Of a stretch of DNA of 64,000 nt, positions 20,194 to 30,580 are shown piece after piece. A model generated the notes under the pieces. The model was given only the letters and a program-made list of their open reading frames with translations. It searched no databases and was not told the DNA's origin. The stretch is taken from the NCBI GenBank assembly GCA_001464935.1, contig LNEL01000054.1:21407-85406 (forward strand), written 5' to 3'. Source of the DNA: Gammaproteobacteria bacterium Ga0077536. GTDB lineage: Bacteria; Pseudomonadota; Gammaproteobacteria; Ga0077536. The position numbers and the translations under genes were made by a program. Each line of letters opens with the position of its first letter. The first letter of the stretch is position 1.

Positions 20194-21540
20194 ATGAGTC
20201 CTGAAGAACTGCAGAAAATGATCGAGATGTCCGGCGCCATCAATATGGAAATTTTCTATTGGTGGTGCACGGCGGTGATGATCCTCATCCACGCCGGCTT
20301 CCTCGCCTATGAAATGGGCGCGTCCAGAGTCAAGAACACGCTCGCCTCGGCGGTGAAGAACATTCTCGCCTTTGCGTTCATCGTGCCGACCTTCTTCTTC
20401 TTCGGCTGGTGGATCTATCTCGCGATGCCGAACGGGTTCGCGCCCGACTTCGCGTCCGGTGCCGCCGGCATTCCGTGGAGCGCCTCGATGGGGCCCAATC
20501 TCACGGACAACGCGACCGGTGTGTTCTGGGCGGCGTTCACGATGTTCGCGGCGACCACTGCGTCGATCATGTCCGGTGCGGTCATCGAGCGTATCCGCAT
20601 CAGCGGGTTCATCCTGCTCGCGATCCTGCTGGGCTCGGTGGTATGGATCCTCGCCGCCTCGTGGGGCTGGCATCCGACCGGCTGGCTCACGATGAAGTGG
20701 GGCTTCCATGACACGGCAGCTGCCGGCTGCGTGCACATGATCGCCGGCTGGTTCACGCTCGGCGTCGTGATGAACCTCGGGCCCCGGCTCGGCAAGTTCA
20801 ACGCCGACGGCAGCGCGAACGATCTACCCGGCCACAGCATGCCGATGACCACCATCGGCCTGATGATGATCATCGTCGGGTTCTTCGGTTTCCTCGGCGG
20901 TTGCATCATCTACAAGACCGGCGCGCAGTGGGTCACGATCTACAACACGCCCGCCACGCTGTCCGCGTTCGCCTTCAACACGCTGATGGGTTTTGCGGGT
21001 GGTGTGATCGGCGCCTTCGTCGTCAGCCGCGGCAGTCCGTTCTGGATGATGTCCGGTGGCCTCGCCGGCATCATCTCCGCCGCGCCCGGCCTCGAGCTGT
21101 ACTTTCCGCCACTCGCGTTCGTGATCGCGCTCGTCGGCGGCGGCCTCATCAAGCCGCTCGGCGATCTGCTCGAAAAGCGCTTCAAGCTCGACGATGCGGT
21201 GGGTGCGTTCGCGGTGCACGCGGGAGCGGGCACCTGGGGCATCCTCGCGCTTGGCATCTTTGCCAGCGGTTACCCGCACATCGATGCGCCGGCGACGAGC
21301 TTCATGGGCCAGCTGGGTGGTGCGCTGGTGATGGCGGGGCTCGGCTTCGGCACGGGTTACCTGGCATCGCTGATGCTGAAGCAGGTCGGGCTGCTGCGCG
21401 TTGCGCCGGAAAGCGAACTGCTGGGCCTCGATGCGGCCGAACTGCCCGCGCTGCCCTACCCGGAATCGGTGCCGGCCACGGCACCGTCGCCGCGCGCGCC
21501 GTCCGCCGCCCCGGCGGGCGTGCCGGCGCAGGCAGTCTGA
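20194..21540 (+). CDS. Ammonium transporter family protein (Amt/MEP/Rh)
   Basis: About 11 TM helices. Conserved pore-His context VHAGAGTWGILALGIFAS and HMIAGWFTLGVVMNLGPRLGKF resemble AmtB twin-His regions. No glnK adjacent. Confidence 0.7.
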   Translation: MSPEELQKMIEMSGAINMEIFYWWCTAVMILIHAGFLAYEMGASRVKNTLASAVKNILAFAFIVPTFFFFGWWIYLAMPNGFAPDFASGAAGIPWSASMGPNLTDNATGVFWAAFTMFAATTASIMSGAVIERIRISGFILLAILLGSVVWILAASWGWHPTGWLTMKWGFHDTAAAGCVHMIAGWFTLGVVMNLGPRLGKFNADGSANDLPGHSMPMTTIGLMMIIVGFFGFLGGCIIYKTGAQWVTIYNTPATLSAFAFNTLMGFAGGVIGAFVVSRGSPFWMMSGGLAGIISAAPGLELYFPPLAFVIALVGGGLIKPLGDLLEKRFKLDDAVGAFAVHAGAGTWGILALGIFASGYPHIDAPATSFMGQLGGALVMAGLGFGTGYLASLMLKQVGLLRVAPESELLGLDAAELPALPYPESVPATAPSPRAPSAAPAGVPAQAV

Positions 21541-21574
21541 ACGCGACCATTCAATCTTCGACAGGAGCAATGTC

Positions 21575-21751
21575 ATGGGGAGTCCAATCAGTACCTGGGA
21601 AGGCGCGAGCGCTTACTACACGTCTGCCGGCTCGGGCGGTGTCCTGATGTTCTGGCTCGCGCTGGCGGTGGTGGCGGTGATCGGTGCGATCGTCCACACC
21701 AGCCTGCACGAGGACAAGTCCGCAACTGCGGTGCGCAACGGGCACCGCTGA
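21575..21751 (+). CDS. Small (58 aa) single-TM protein immediately downstream of the amt gene
   Basis: ATG 7 nt after AGGAGC. One hydrophobic helix VLMFWLALAVVAVIGAIV. Shares a frame with the longer track ORF 21401..21751, whose upstream part overlaps amt. Confidence 0.3.
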   Translation: MGSPISTWEGASAYYTSAGSGGVLMFWLALAVVAVIGAIVHTSLHEDKSATAVRNGHR

Positions 21752-21921
21752 TCTCGACGGGACCTGGCGGCGCGGGCGATCAACCCGCGCCGCCTGCTGA
21801 TCTCCGGCCTCACCGCTGACGCTGCAAGCGACCGATACAGGCGCGATACGCGCCACTCAGGCCTACACTGCGTGCAGGGAACCGCGCCGATACCGGCGCG
21901 GCCCGCAGCGGAGATCGGGCC

Positions 21922-23304
<1,383 letters not shown>

Positions 23305-23351
23305 AGGACGCGAGGCCGGGGTGGCCGACACCGGACTTGCCGGCCCGCGCG

Positions 23352-24533
23352 TCAACGCAGCTTCAGTTCGCCCAGCCAGTCGAACAGGGTATTGCCCAGC
23401 CACACGCCGAGCAGGCGGCTGCCGTCGACGGTCAGGCCCAGCTCGTTGGCGTGATACAGCGGTAGCGTATCCGGCGCGGCAGCGGCCTCCGCGAGGACGT
23501 CATGCAGTGCAAGGCAACGCAGCGCCTGTGCTGTGCAGAAAGCGCTGACGATAGCCGCATCGGGTGCCGGCTGTTGCGTGGCCGGCACGCCGAACAGGGC
23601 GCGGCCGGCCGGCCATTCGTCAGCCGCAATCTGCGGTGCCAGCGGCAGATGAATCAGCATGAACGGCAGATCGCGCGCCTGCGCCAGTGCGGCAATCGCC
23701 TGGATGTGTCGCAGCGTCGGCGCCAGCGTGGCCTCGAGTGTCGCGTCGTCACCGCGCATGCCGGCCAGCCGATCGCGAAGCGGATCGCCGGGCGGGTGAT
23801 CGCCGGTCATCTGTCGGGTCGACCATTGCGTGGCGAGCCAGCGTGCGAGTGCGCTGCGCGGCGCCAGCGCACGAAACGGGTTCCCGGCGTTGCGCGGCCG
23901 ATCGGCCGCGTGCGGCAGTTGCGGGTTTTGCGCAGCCGCGTCGTCGAGACCCGTGGCGAGCCCCTCCTCGAGCTGCGCGTGCGCGAGGAACTGGTGATCA
24001 GCCTGCGGCATCAGCGGGCTGTAGACGAACACGATCCCGCGCGGCTTCAGGTCGTCGACGAGACGACGTGCCATCAACAGGTTCTGCGCGGCGCCGTAGC
24101 CGGACTTGCCGCCGATCACGAGCCGTACGGGCGGCTTGAGCGCGGTCTTCTCGTTGATGAGCCGCTGCGCGTTGACGACCATCGTTTCGTCGATGTCCGT
24201 GCCCCAGCCTTCGACGAACTCGTCGCCGAGCACCAGGAACTTCAGTTCGCTGCGCAGGTGCGTGCCCATCGGCCGATCGCGCAGTCCGATTTCGTTGGTC
24301 TTGAAGAGGATTGAGAAGTCGCCGCTGGGAGCGTCGAGCAGCACGTCGACATTCGGCTTGTAACGCACGCCCAGCGTGCGATCGAACTCGACGAACCTGC
24401 CGAGCGACGCCGTCAGCGTGTCGTCCGCCACCAGCGGCCCAGGCACCACGCCGAGCCCGTATCGTGCGACCGCCTCACCACCCCCGATCAAGACCACCAG
24501 CAGGCCCAGCAGCTTGAGCATCGATGATTTCAT
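23352..24533 (-). CDS. Secreted SGNH/GDSL-hydrolase-like protein (AlgX/AlgJ-like fold), catalytic status uncertain
   Basis: Start MKSSMLKLL follows AAGGGGAGG RBS. Signal peptide present. Block FLVLGDEFVEGWG resembles SGNH block I but has E in the Ser position. Confidence 0.45.
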   Translation of the reverse strand: MKSSMLKLLGLLVVLIGGGEAVARYGLGVVPGPLVADDTLTASLGRFVEFDRTLGVRYKPNVDVLLDAPSGDFSILFKTNEIGLRDRPMGTHLRSELKFLVLGDEFVEGWGTDIDETMVVNAQRLINEKTALKPPVRLVIGGKSGYGAAQNLLMARRLVDDLKPRGIVFVYSPLMPQADHQFLAHAQLEEGLATGLDDAAAQNPQLPHAADRPRNAGNPFRALAPRSALARWLATQWSTRQMTGDHPPGDPLRDRLAGMRGDDATLEATLAPTLRHIQAIAALAQARDLPFMLIHLPLAPQIAADEWPAGRALFGVPATQQPAPDAAIVSAFCTAQALRCLALHDVLAEAAAAPDTLPLYHANELGLTVDGSRLLGVWLGNTLFDWLGELKLR

Positions 24534-24597
24534 GCGTTGTGCCTCCCCTTGAGCTTCTTTTGCCACAGAGAATACGGAGATAGCAAAGGGCTTGGGG

Positions 24598-24635
24598 CTC
24601 GTAGGTCGGGTTGACGCAGGAAGCCCGACCTACGG
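24598..24635. repeat. REP-family variant, fully palindromic (GTAGGTCGGGTTGACGCAGGAAGCCCGACCTAC)
   Basis: Carries both GTAGG arms. Preceded by GCCACAGAGAATACGGAGA, which resembles the second repeat family. Confidence 0.7.
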
Positions 24636-24715
24636 ACCCGGCCCAACTCATTCTTCCCTGAAGTTCCCGGTGGCTGCCATGCGCCCGGCCACCCCACGGT
24701 GCAGCCACCGCGCCA

Positions 24716-25180
24716 CTATTCGAGCGACAGAATGAAGTCCCATTCATCCGCCGTGACCGGCATCACGGACAGGCGGTTGCCGCGACGCACGAGGGCCATG
24801 TCGGCGAGCGGGGAAGCGGCCTTCAGTTCGCCCAGCGTGATGTTGCGCTTCAGACGGCGTTTGAGCTTCACGTCGACGACATACCAGCGTGGATTCGCCG
24901 GATCGCTCTGCGGATCGTGGTAGGGGCTCGACGGATCGAAAGCGGACGGATCGGGGTAGGCGGCGCGCGCGACTTCGCACAGGCCGACGATGCCGGGCTC
25001 CGCGCAGTTCGAATGATAGAAGAACACGAGATCGCCGACGCGCATGTCGTCGCGGATCATGTTGCGCGCCTGGTAGTTGCGCACGCCATCCCACATCGTG
25101 GTGCGCTTCGGCATCTGCGCGAGATGATCGAGACTGAAAGTCTCGGGCTCGCTCTTCATCAACCAGTGACGAACCGTCAT
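24716..25180 (-). CDS. EVE (PUA-like) domain protein
   Basis: MTVRHWLMKSEPETFSLDHL...WDGVRNYQARNMIRDDMRVGDLVFFYHSN matches the EVE/DUF55 N-terminal signature. ATG start chosen; the track ORF begins at a TTG at 25252 inside the 6S RNA. Confidence 0.6.
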   Translation of the reverse strand: MTVRHWLMKSEPETFSLDHLAQMPKRTTMWDGVRNYQARNMIRDDMRVGDLVFFYHSNCAEPGIVGLCEVARAAYPDPSAFDPSSPYHDPQSDPANPRWYVVDVKLKRRLKRNITLGELKAASPLADMALVRRGNRLSVMPVTADEWDFILSLE

Positions 25181-25198
25181 GCCGAAACGCCCTGAAAA

Positions 25199-25390
25199 AG
25201 GGGTGCCCTCCACAATGCCGCTGCGGGCTGTAATCTTGAACCAATGGCTCAAGATTGGAACTTCTCGGAGCGATTCAGGCTTTCCGCAGCGAGGCGGACA
25301 TGCACAACATCGATGCCAGATCAGTCCCTGTTGCGATAAATTATCGGCTCAAGGATTTTCAGCCCCTGGCGAACACCGCAGAGGACACCT
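25199..25390 (-). ncRNA. ssrS: 6S RNA (SsrS), ~190 nt
   Basis: Minus-strand sequence aligns along its length with E. coli 6S RNA. Matching blocks: CCTTGAGCCGATAATTTATC vs CCUGAGCCGAUAUUUCAUAC, CTCCGAGAAG vs UCCGAGAAGCC, CTTGAGCCATTGGTTCAAGATTACAGCCCGCAGCGGCAT vs CUUGAACCAAGGGUUCAAGGGUUACAGCCUGCGGCGGCAU. The closing stem GTCCTCTGCGGTG / CATTGTGGAGGGC is conserved. Sits downstream of zapA as in E. coli. Ends are +/-5 nt. Confidence 0.75.
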
Positions 25391-25396
25391 GGCCGC

Positions 25397-25402
25397 ATTC
25401 TA
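25397..25402 (-). promoter_or_regulatory. -10 hexamer TAGAAT for ssrS
   Basis: CGCTAGAATGCGGCCAGGTG places the predicted 5' end 7 nt downstream. The -35 is weak. Confidence 0.4.
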
Positions 25403-25412
25403 GCGTGAATCC

Positions 25413-25751
25413 TCAGTTCGTGCCGTGTGACGGCCTCGACATCTCGTGCACGTCGCCGCGCGAGAGCGCGGACTGGATCTTGCGCTGGATGCGTTCGATG
25501 CCATCGCCGATGTCATTCGCGACATTGTCATTGCGGCGGCGGTAGTCGAGATATTCATGCGCGATGTTCAGCGCCGCCATCACGGCCACGCGCTCACTGC
25601 CGATGACCTTGCCGCTGTCGCGCTGTTCGCGCAGTTTGCGGTTCAGGAATTCGACGCTGGCAAACAGGGACTCGCGTTCGTCCTCGGCGCAGCCGACGAC
25701 ATACTCCTTGTCCATGATCGTCACCGTAATGGGCTTGACCGATGAACTCAT
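25413..25751 (-). CDS. zapA: Cell division protein ZapA
   Basis: MSSSVKPITVTIMDKEYVVGCAEDERESLFASVEFLNRKL ZapA family. Context zapB-zapA-ssrS. Confidence 0.8.
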   Translation of the reverse strand: MSSSVKPITVTIMDKEYVVGCAEDERESLFASVEFLNRKLREQRDSGKVIGSERVAVMAALNIAHEYLDYRRRNDNVANDIGDGIERIQRKIQSALSRGDVHEMSRPSHGTN

Positions 25752-25849
25752 GCGCGCTGTGCCTCCATAGGCGACGGGGCAGCATCCGGACGGGGCTGCA
25801 ATTCGAAGCGTTGTGTGAGCCGGCCAGCCCGTGGGTGAGGCGGGATTGG

Positions 25850-26071
25850 TCAGCGGGTTTCCATGGCCTTGAGACGCGCGATCATGGCTTCGACGCGGCT
25901 TCTGGCCTGTTCTGTTTTTTCGATCAGCGTGGCGCGCTCCGCCGCCAGCACGGCCTGCTGGTTGCGCAGTGCTTCGTTCTCATGCTGGAGAGAGTCAATC
26001 GTGCGGATGAGTTCATCCACCCGGCTCTCCAGCGATGCGATGTCCAGCTTTTCTTTCAAGATCGTTGCCAT
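25850..26071 (-). CDS. zapB: ZapB-like coiled-coil cell-division protein
   Basis: 73 aa all-helical coiled coil (LESRVDELIRTIDSLQHENEALRNQQAVLAAERATLIEK) immediately upstream of zapA. Confidence 0.6.
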   Translation of the reverse strand: MATILKEKLDIASLESRVDELIRTIDSLQHENEALRNQQAVLAAERATLIEKTEQARSRVEAMIARLKAMETR

Positions 26072-26254
26072 GCTGTTGCGTGCTCGCGCCAGTGACGCAC
26101 ACGCCTGTATCTAAAACGCAATATAGAGCCGGCCTCAGACCGGGTCAACGGGACATCAGGACCGTCGGTCAGCAGCCCGGTCCGGGATCCTCCTGCTTCT
26201 GCGGGTCGTACAGTCGTGTGATAATTGCCACTCTTGGCAAGGAGTCCGCGCGCC

Positions 26255-26818
26255 ATGTCCAGCCGCCCCGAACGCGCCCTGTATGAATCCGTCGCGCAAT
26301 CCCTGCGCGAACTGACTTCCGACGTCGAGGCCGCCGAGAGCCACGGCATGCTGTGCGGCATGCTCTGCAATCCGGAACCCTTCGACGGCGATGCCTGGCT
26401 GCGACACGTGCTCGGCTATGCGCCGGCACAGCGCCTGTCCGATCTGCCGCAGACCAGTGCGCTGCTGGCGATGGTGGCCTCGACCATCCGCGCCCTGAAA
26501 GAAGACGATTTCGGCTTCGACCTGCTGCTGCCGGACGAATCAGCGCCCCTGAGCCTGCGTGCGATCGCGCTCGGCGCCTGGTGTCGCGGCTTTCTGTCCG
26601 GTTTCGGCCTGCATGGCGCGGGCGCCCGGCTGAACGCCGAAGGCCGTGAATTCCTGCGCGACCTCTACAAGATTGGCCAGGTCTCGGCGGTCGATGCGCA
26701 GGGCGACGAGGGCGAACGCGCGTTCTTCGAAGTCGTCGAGTACGCCCGCATGGGCGCGATGATGCTGCACGAAGAGTTCCGCAGCCTGTTTGCCGATCCC
26801 CAGCCCAGCCTGCACTGA
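26255..26818 (+). CDS. ygfB: UPF0149 family protein YgfB
   Basis: Start MSSRPERALYESV follows AAGGAG RBS. Conserved HGMLCGMLC motif (E. coli HGLISGMIC). Position upstream of pepP-ubiH-ubiI. Confidence 0.7.
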   Translation: MSSRPERALYESVAQSLRELTSDVEAAESHGMLCGMLCNPEPFDGDAWLRHVLGYAPAQRLSDLPQTSALLAMVASTIRALKEDDFGFDLLLPDESAPLSLRAIALGAWCRGFLSGFGLHGAGARLNAEGREFLRDLYKIGQVSAVDAQGDEGERAFFEVVEYARMGAMMLHEEFRSLFADPQPSLH

Positions 26819-26824
26819 GGTCCC

Positions 26825-28144
26825 ATGGACAAGAGAGAGTTCGCCCGCCGCCGCAAGAAACTGATGGACATCGTCGACGGTGGCGGCATCGCCATCCAGC
26901 CGACGGCGCCGGAGCGCATCCGGAACCGCGACGTCTACTACCCGTTCCGTTCCGACAGCGACTTCCACTACCTGACGGGCTTTCCGGAGCCCGAGGCGGT
27001 GATGGTGCTGGTGCCGAACCGGCCGCAGGGCGAGTACATCCTGTTCTGCCGCGAGAAGGACCCCGAAGCCGAGACCTGGCATGGTCGTCGCGCCGGGCTC
27101 GAGGGCGCCTGCGAACTCTACGGCGCGGACGACGCGTTTCCGATCTCGGATCTCGACGACATCCTGCCGGGCCTGCTCGAGAACAAGGAACGCATCTATT
27201 ACACGATGGGACGCTACCAGGACTTCGACCAGCGCCTCGTCGGCTGGTTGAACCGGGTCACGAGCAAGGGACGCGCCGGCGTGCACGCGCCCGACCAGTT
27301 CAACTCGGTCGGCCATTACGTACACGAAATGCGGATGTACAAGAGCCGTGAAGAGATCAAGACGATGCGGCGTGCGGCGCAGATATCGGCCGCCGCCCAC
27401 CGTCGCGCGATGGAAATCTGCAAGCCGGGCGTGTTCGAGTACCAGATCGAGGCCGAACTGCTGCACAACTTCATGCGCCATGGCAGCCGGGCACCGGCCT
27501 ATCCGAGCATCGTCGGCGGCGGCGCCAACACCTGCATCCTGCACTACAACGAGAACAACGAGCAGCTCGGCGACGGCGATCTGTTGCTGATCGACGCCGG
27601 CTGCGAGCTCGATCACTACGCGAGCGACATCACCCGCACCTTCCCGGTCAACGGCCGCTTCACGCCCGAACAGCGCGCAATCTACGAGATCGTGCTCGAA
27701 GCCCAGCTCGCGGCGATCGACAAGGTCGCGCCGGGCAATCACTGGAACGAACCACACCAGGCGGCGGTCGAGGTGATCACGAAGGGGCTGATCGAGGTCG
27801 GCATTCTGAAGGGCCGCTGGCGCACGCTCGTCAAGGAGGAAGCGTACCGGCCCTACTACATGCATCGCACTGGACACTGGCTCGGCATGGACGTGCACGA
27901 CGTCGGCGACTACAAGGTCGGTGACGAATGGCGCACCTTCGAGCCCGGCATGGTGACGACGGTCGAGCCGGGCCTGTACCTGTCGCCGACGATCAAGGGG
28001 CTCGCGAAGCGCTGGTGGAACATCGGCGTGCGTATCGAGGACGATGTCCTCGTCACCGCCGACGGGCGCGATGTCCTGAGCCACGGTGCGCCGAAGTCGG
28101 TGGCCGAGATCGAATCCGTGATGCAGCTCGCCAGTGTCGCGTGA
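26825..28144 (+). CDS. pepP: Xaa-Pro aminopeptidase
   Basis: M24B signatures LIDAGCELDHYASDITRTFPVNG, HRTGHWLGMDVHDVG, EPGLYL. Confidence 0.9.
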   Translation: MDKREFARRRKKLMDIVDGGGIAIQPTAPERIRNRDVYYPFRSDSDFHYLTGFPEPEAVMVLVPNRPQGEYILFCREKDPEAETWHGRRAGLEGACELYGADDAFPISDLDDILPGLLENKERIYYTMGRYQDFDQRLVGWLNRVTSKGRAGVHAPDQFNSVGHYVHEMRMYKSREEIKTMRRAAQISAAAHRRAMEICKPGVFEYQIEAELLHNFMRHGSRAPAYPSIVGGGANTCILHYNENNEQLGDGDLLLIDAGCELDHYASDITRTFPVNGRFTPEQRAIYEIVLEAQLAAIDKVAPGNHWNEPHQAAVEVITKGLIEVGILKGRWRTLVKEEAYRPYYMHRTGHWLGMDVHDVGDYKVGDEWRTFEPGMVTTVEPGLYLSPTIKGLAKRWWNIGVRIEDDVLVTADGRDVLSHGAPKSVAEIESVMQLASVA

Positions 28145-29351
28145 GTTCGACTGCGTCATCGTCGGTGCCGGGCTCGCCGGCGCGACGCTGGCGGTGGGTC
28201 TCGACACCCTCGGCCTGAGCGTCGCCACCGTCGATGCGCGATCGCGCACGCCGGCCGCGCCGGGCCGCGACGTGCGGGGCCTCGCGCTCGCGCCCTCGTC
28301 CCAGCGTCTGCTCGCGACCCTCGGCCTGTGGTCCACGCTTGCCCCTCACACCACCGCGCTGAAGACCATCGTCATCACCGATCGCGGCCAGTTCGGCTCG
28401 ACCCGCCTGTGTGCGGCGGACGTCGGCGTGCCGGCGCTCGGGCACGTGTGCCCGGCCGACCAGCTGCTGGGCCGCCTCGATGCCGCGCTGACGACGCTGC
28501 CCGGCTGCACCGCTTACTGGCAGTCGACCGTCGGTGACATCGTCGCCGGCCCCGACGCCGTGACGCTGACCGTCAGCGACGGGCAGGCGCAGACCGCCGT
28601 TTCCGCGCGTCTGCTGATCGCGGCCGACGGCCTGCATTCGGCCGTGCGACGGCATTTCGACATCGCCGCAACGAGCCGCGATTACGGGCAGACGGCGATC
28701 GTCGCGAATGCCGACGTCGAACGTCCGGTGCCCGACACCGCGTTCGAACGCTTCACCCGCGAAGGACCGCTCGCGGTGCTGCCCATCGGCGGCGCGCGCG
28801 TGGTCATCGTGCGCGCCGCGCGCACCGACGAAGCCACCGGCCTGATGCGCCTGTCAGACGAGGCGTTCCTGCACGACGTCAGGCAGCGCTTCGGCGGCCG
28901 CCTCGGCCGATTCTCGGCGCTCGGCGAACGGCGCAGCCACCCGCTGATCCTCAATCGCGCCCAGGCGCTGCACGCGCCGCGCACGGTGCTCATCGGCAAT
29001 GCGGCGAACACCATTCATCCGAACGGGGCGCAGGGCCTGAATCTCGGGCTGCGCGACGTCGCGACCCTGCTCGACTGTGTGCAGATGGCGCTGGCGCGCG
29101 GTGAGGATCCGGCTTCGACCGCCGTGCTCGAGGGCTATGCGCGGCGGCGCCGGCCCGATCACGACCGCACTGCGCGGTTTTCGGATGGCCTCGCGCGGGT
29201 ATTCGGCCTCGATCTGGGGCCGGTGAACGTCGCGCGCGGCGCCGCGCTGCTGGCCTGCGATCTGCTGCCCCCGCTGAAGCGCGCGCTGATGTGGCGCCTG
29301 ATGGGCCTGCGCGGCGAGACGAATCGATGGCTGCGCGCCCCGCAAGCCTGA
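28134..29351 (+). CDS. ubiH: 2-octaprenyl-6-methoxyphenol hydroxylase (FAD-dependent)
   Basis: GTG start. DCVIVGAGLAGATLA FAD fingerprint. NAANTIHPNGAQGLNLGLRD UbiH/Coq6 family motif. Follows pepP. Confidence 0.8.
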   Translation: MSREFDCVIVGAGLAGATLAVGLDTLGLSVATVDARSRTPAAPGRDVRGLALAPSSQRLLATLGLWSTLAPHTTALKTIVITDRGQFGSTRLCAADVGVPALGHVCPADQLLGRLDAALTTLPGCTAYWQSTVGDIVAGPDAVTLTVSDGQAQTAVSARLLIAADGLHSAVRRHFDIAATSRDYGQTAIVANADVERPVPDTAFERFTREGPLAVLPIGGARVVIVRAARTDEATGLMRLSDEAFLHDVRQRFGGRLGRFSALGERRSHPLILNRAQALHAPRTVLIGNAANTIHPNGAQGLNLGLRDVATLLDCVQMALARGEDPASTAVLEGYARRRRPDHDRTARFSDGLARVFGLDLGPVNVARGAALLACDLLPPLKRALMWRLMGLRGETNRWLRAPQA

Positions 29352-30568
29352 TGCCGCACGACTTCGCGGTCGTCGGCAGCGGCGTCGTCGGTGCGACGCT
29401 CGCGTGCCTGCTGGTCGATGCCGGCGCGAGCGTGGTGCTGATCGACGGCGTCGCACGTCACCCCGCCCGCGACGAACCCTACGACCTGCGGACCTATTCG
29501 CTGACGCCGGCGTCGCGCCGCATCCTGTCGGCGATCGGCGCCTGGCAGCGGCTCGACCAGGCGCGCATCACGGCCTACCACGGCATGCACGTGTGGGATG
29601 CCCAACGCCGCGGGGCGATCGACTTCGACGCCGCCGACAATGGCCGGCCCGAACTCGGATACATCGTCGAACTCTCGAACCTGCAGCAGGCGCTCGAGGG
29701 TGCCCTGCACGCGCGCCGCCAGCTGACCATGCAGCCGGGGCTCGTCGAGACGCTGCTGCCGGCGCCCGAGGGCATCAGCCTGCAGCTCGGCTCCGGTCGC
29801 GGCGTCACCGCGCGCGTCATCGCCGCCTGCGACGGCGGCGATTCGGCCCTGCGCGGTCTGGTCGGCATCGACGTCGAGGCACGTGAATATGCGCAGCAGG
29901 CGGTCGTCGCCAATGTGCGCACGGCCGAACCGCACGGCCACGTGGCGCGCCAGCGCTTCCTCGCCGACGGCCCGCTGGCCTTTCTGCCGTTGCCCGATCC
30001 GCATTGGTGCTCGGTGATCTGGTCGACCCGCGAGGACCACGCGGCGCACGCCGTCGGCCAGGACGATGCAGGGTTCTGTCATGCACTCGCGGCAGCCTTC
30101 GAGCACACGCTGGGCGAGGTGCTCTCGACGAGCCGCCGGCTGCGCTTTCCGCTGCGCTGGCGCCACGCGCGCCAGTACAGCGCGGAGCGCGTCGTGTTGG
30201 TCGGCGACGCTGCGCACCTGATGCATCCGCTGGCCGGGCAGGGCATGAACGTCGGCCTGCTCGACGCCGCGGTGCTCGCCGAGTGTGCCGACCGCGCGGG
30301 CCCGGCCGCGCTCCGCTACCCGCGCGCGCTGCTCCAGCGCTACGAGCGCCGGCGCCGCGGCGAAGTCCTGATGATGCTCGAAGCGACCGACCGCCTGAGC
30401 CGGCTCTTCACCGCCGACAACCCGGCGCTCGGCTGGCTGCGCAGCGCCGGCCTCGACCTCACGAACCGCCTGCCGCCGGTCAAGCGCCTGCTGATGAGCC
30501 ACGCGATGGGTGACGCCGGCGATCTGCCCGAGATCGCGCGGCCGGCGCGGGATGCTGTGCCTTTGTAG
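29351..30568 (+). CDS. ubiI: 2-octaprenylphenol hydroxylase (UbiI/VisC-type FAD monooxygenase)
   Basis: ATG overlaps the ubiH stop (TGATG). FAVVGSGVVGATLA. VGDAAHLMHPLAGQGMNVGLLD. Conserved pepP-ubiH-ubiI order. Confidence 0.75.
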   Translation: MPHDFAVVGSGVVGATLACLLVDAGASVVLIDGVARHPARDEPYDLRTYSLTPASRRILSAIGAWQRLDQARITAYHGMHVWDAQRRGAIDFDAADNGRPELGYIVELSNLQQALEGALHARRQLTMQPGLVETLLPAPEGISLQLGSGRGVTARVIAACDGGDSALRGLVGIDVEAREYAQQAVVANVRTAEPHGHVARQRFLADGPLAFLPLPDPHWCSVIWSTREDHAAHAVGQDDAGFCHALAAAFEHTLGEVLSTSRRLRFPLRWRHARQYSAERVVLVGDAAHLMHPLAGQGMNVGLLDAAVLAECADRAGPAALRYPRALLQRYERRRRGEVLMMLEATDRLSRLFTADNPALGWLRSAGLDLTNRLPPVKRLLMSHAMGDAGDLPEIARPARDAVPL

Positions 30569-30580
30569 CGGGGCTTTTTT

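Noticed and set aside
25179-25545. ORFs 25179..25403 and 25255..25545 (+)
   Set aside because: They lie across the 6S RNA gene and its promoter. No RBS, no homology.
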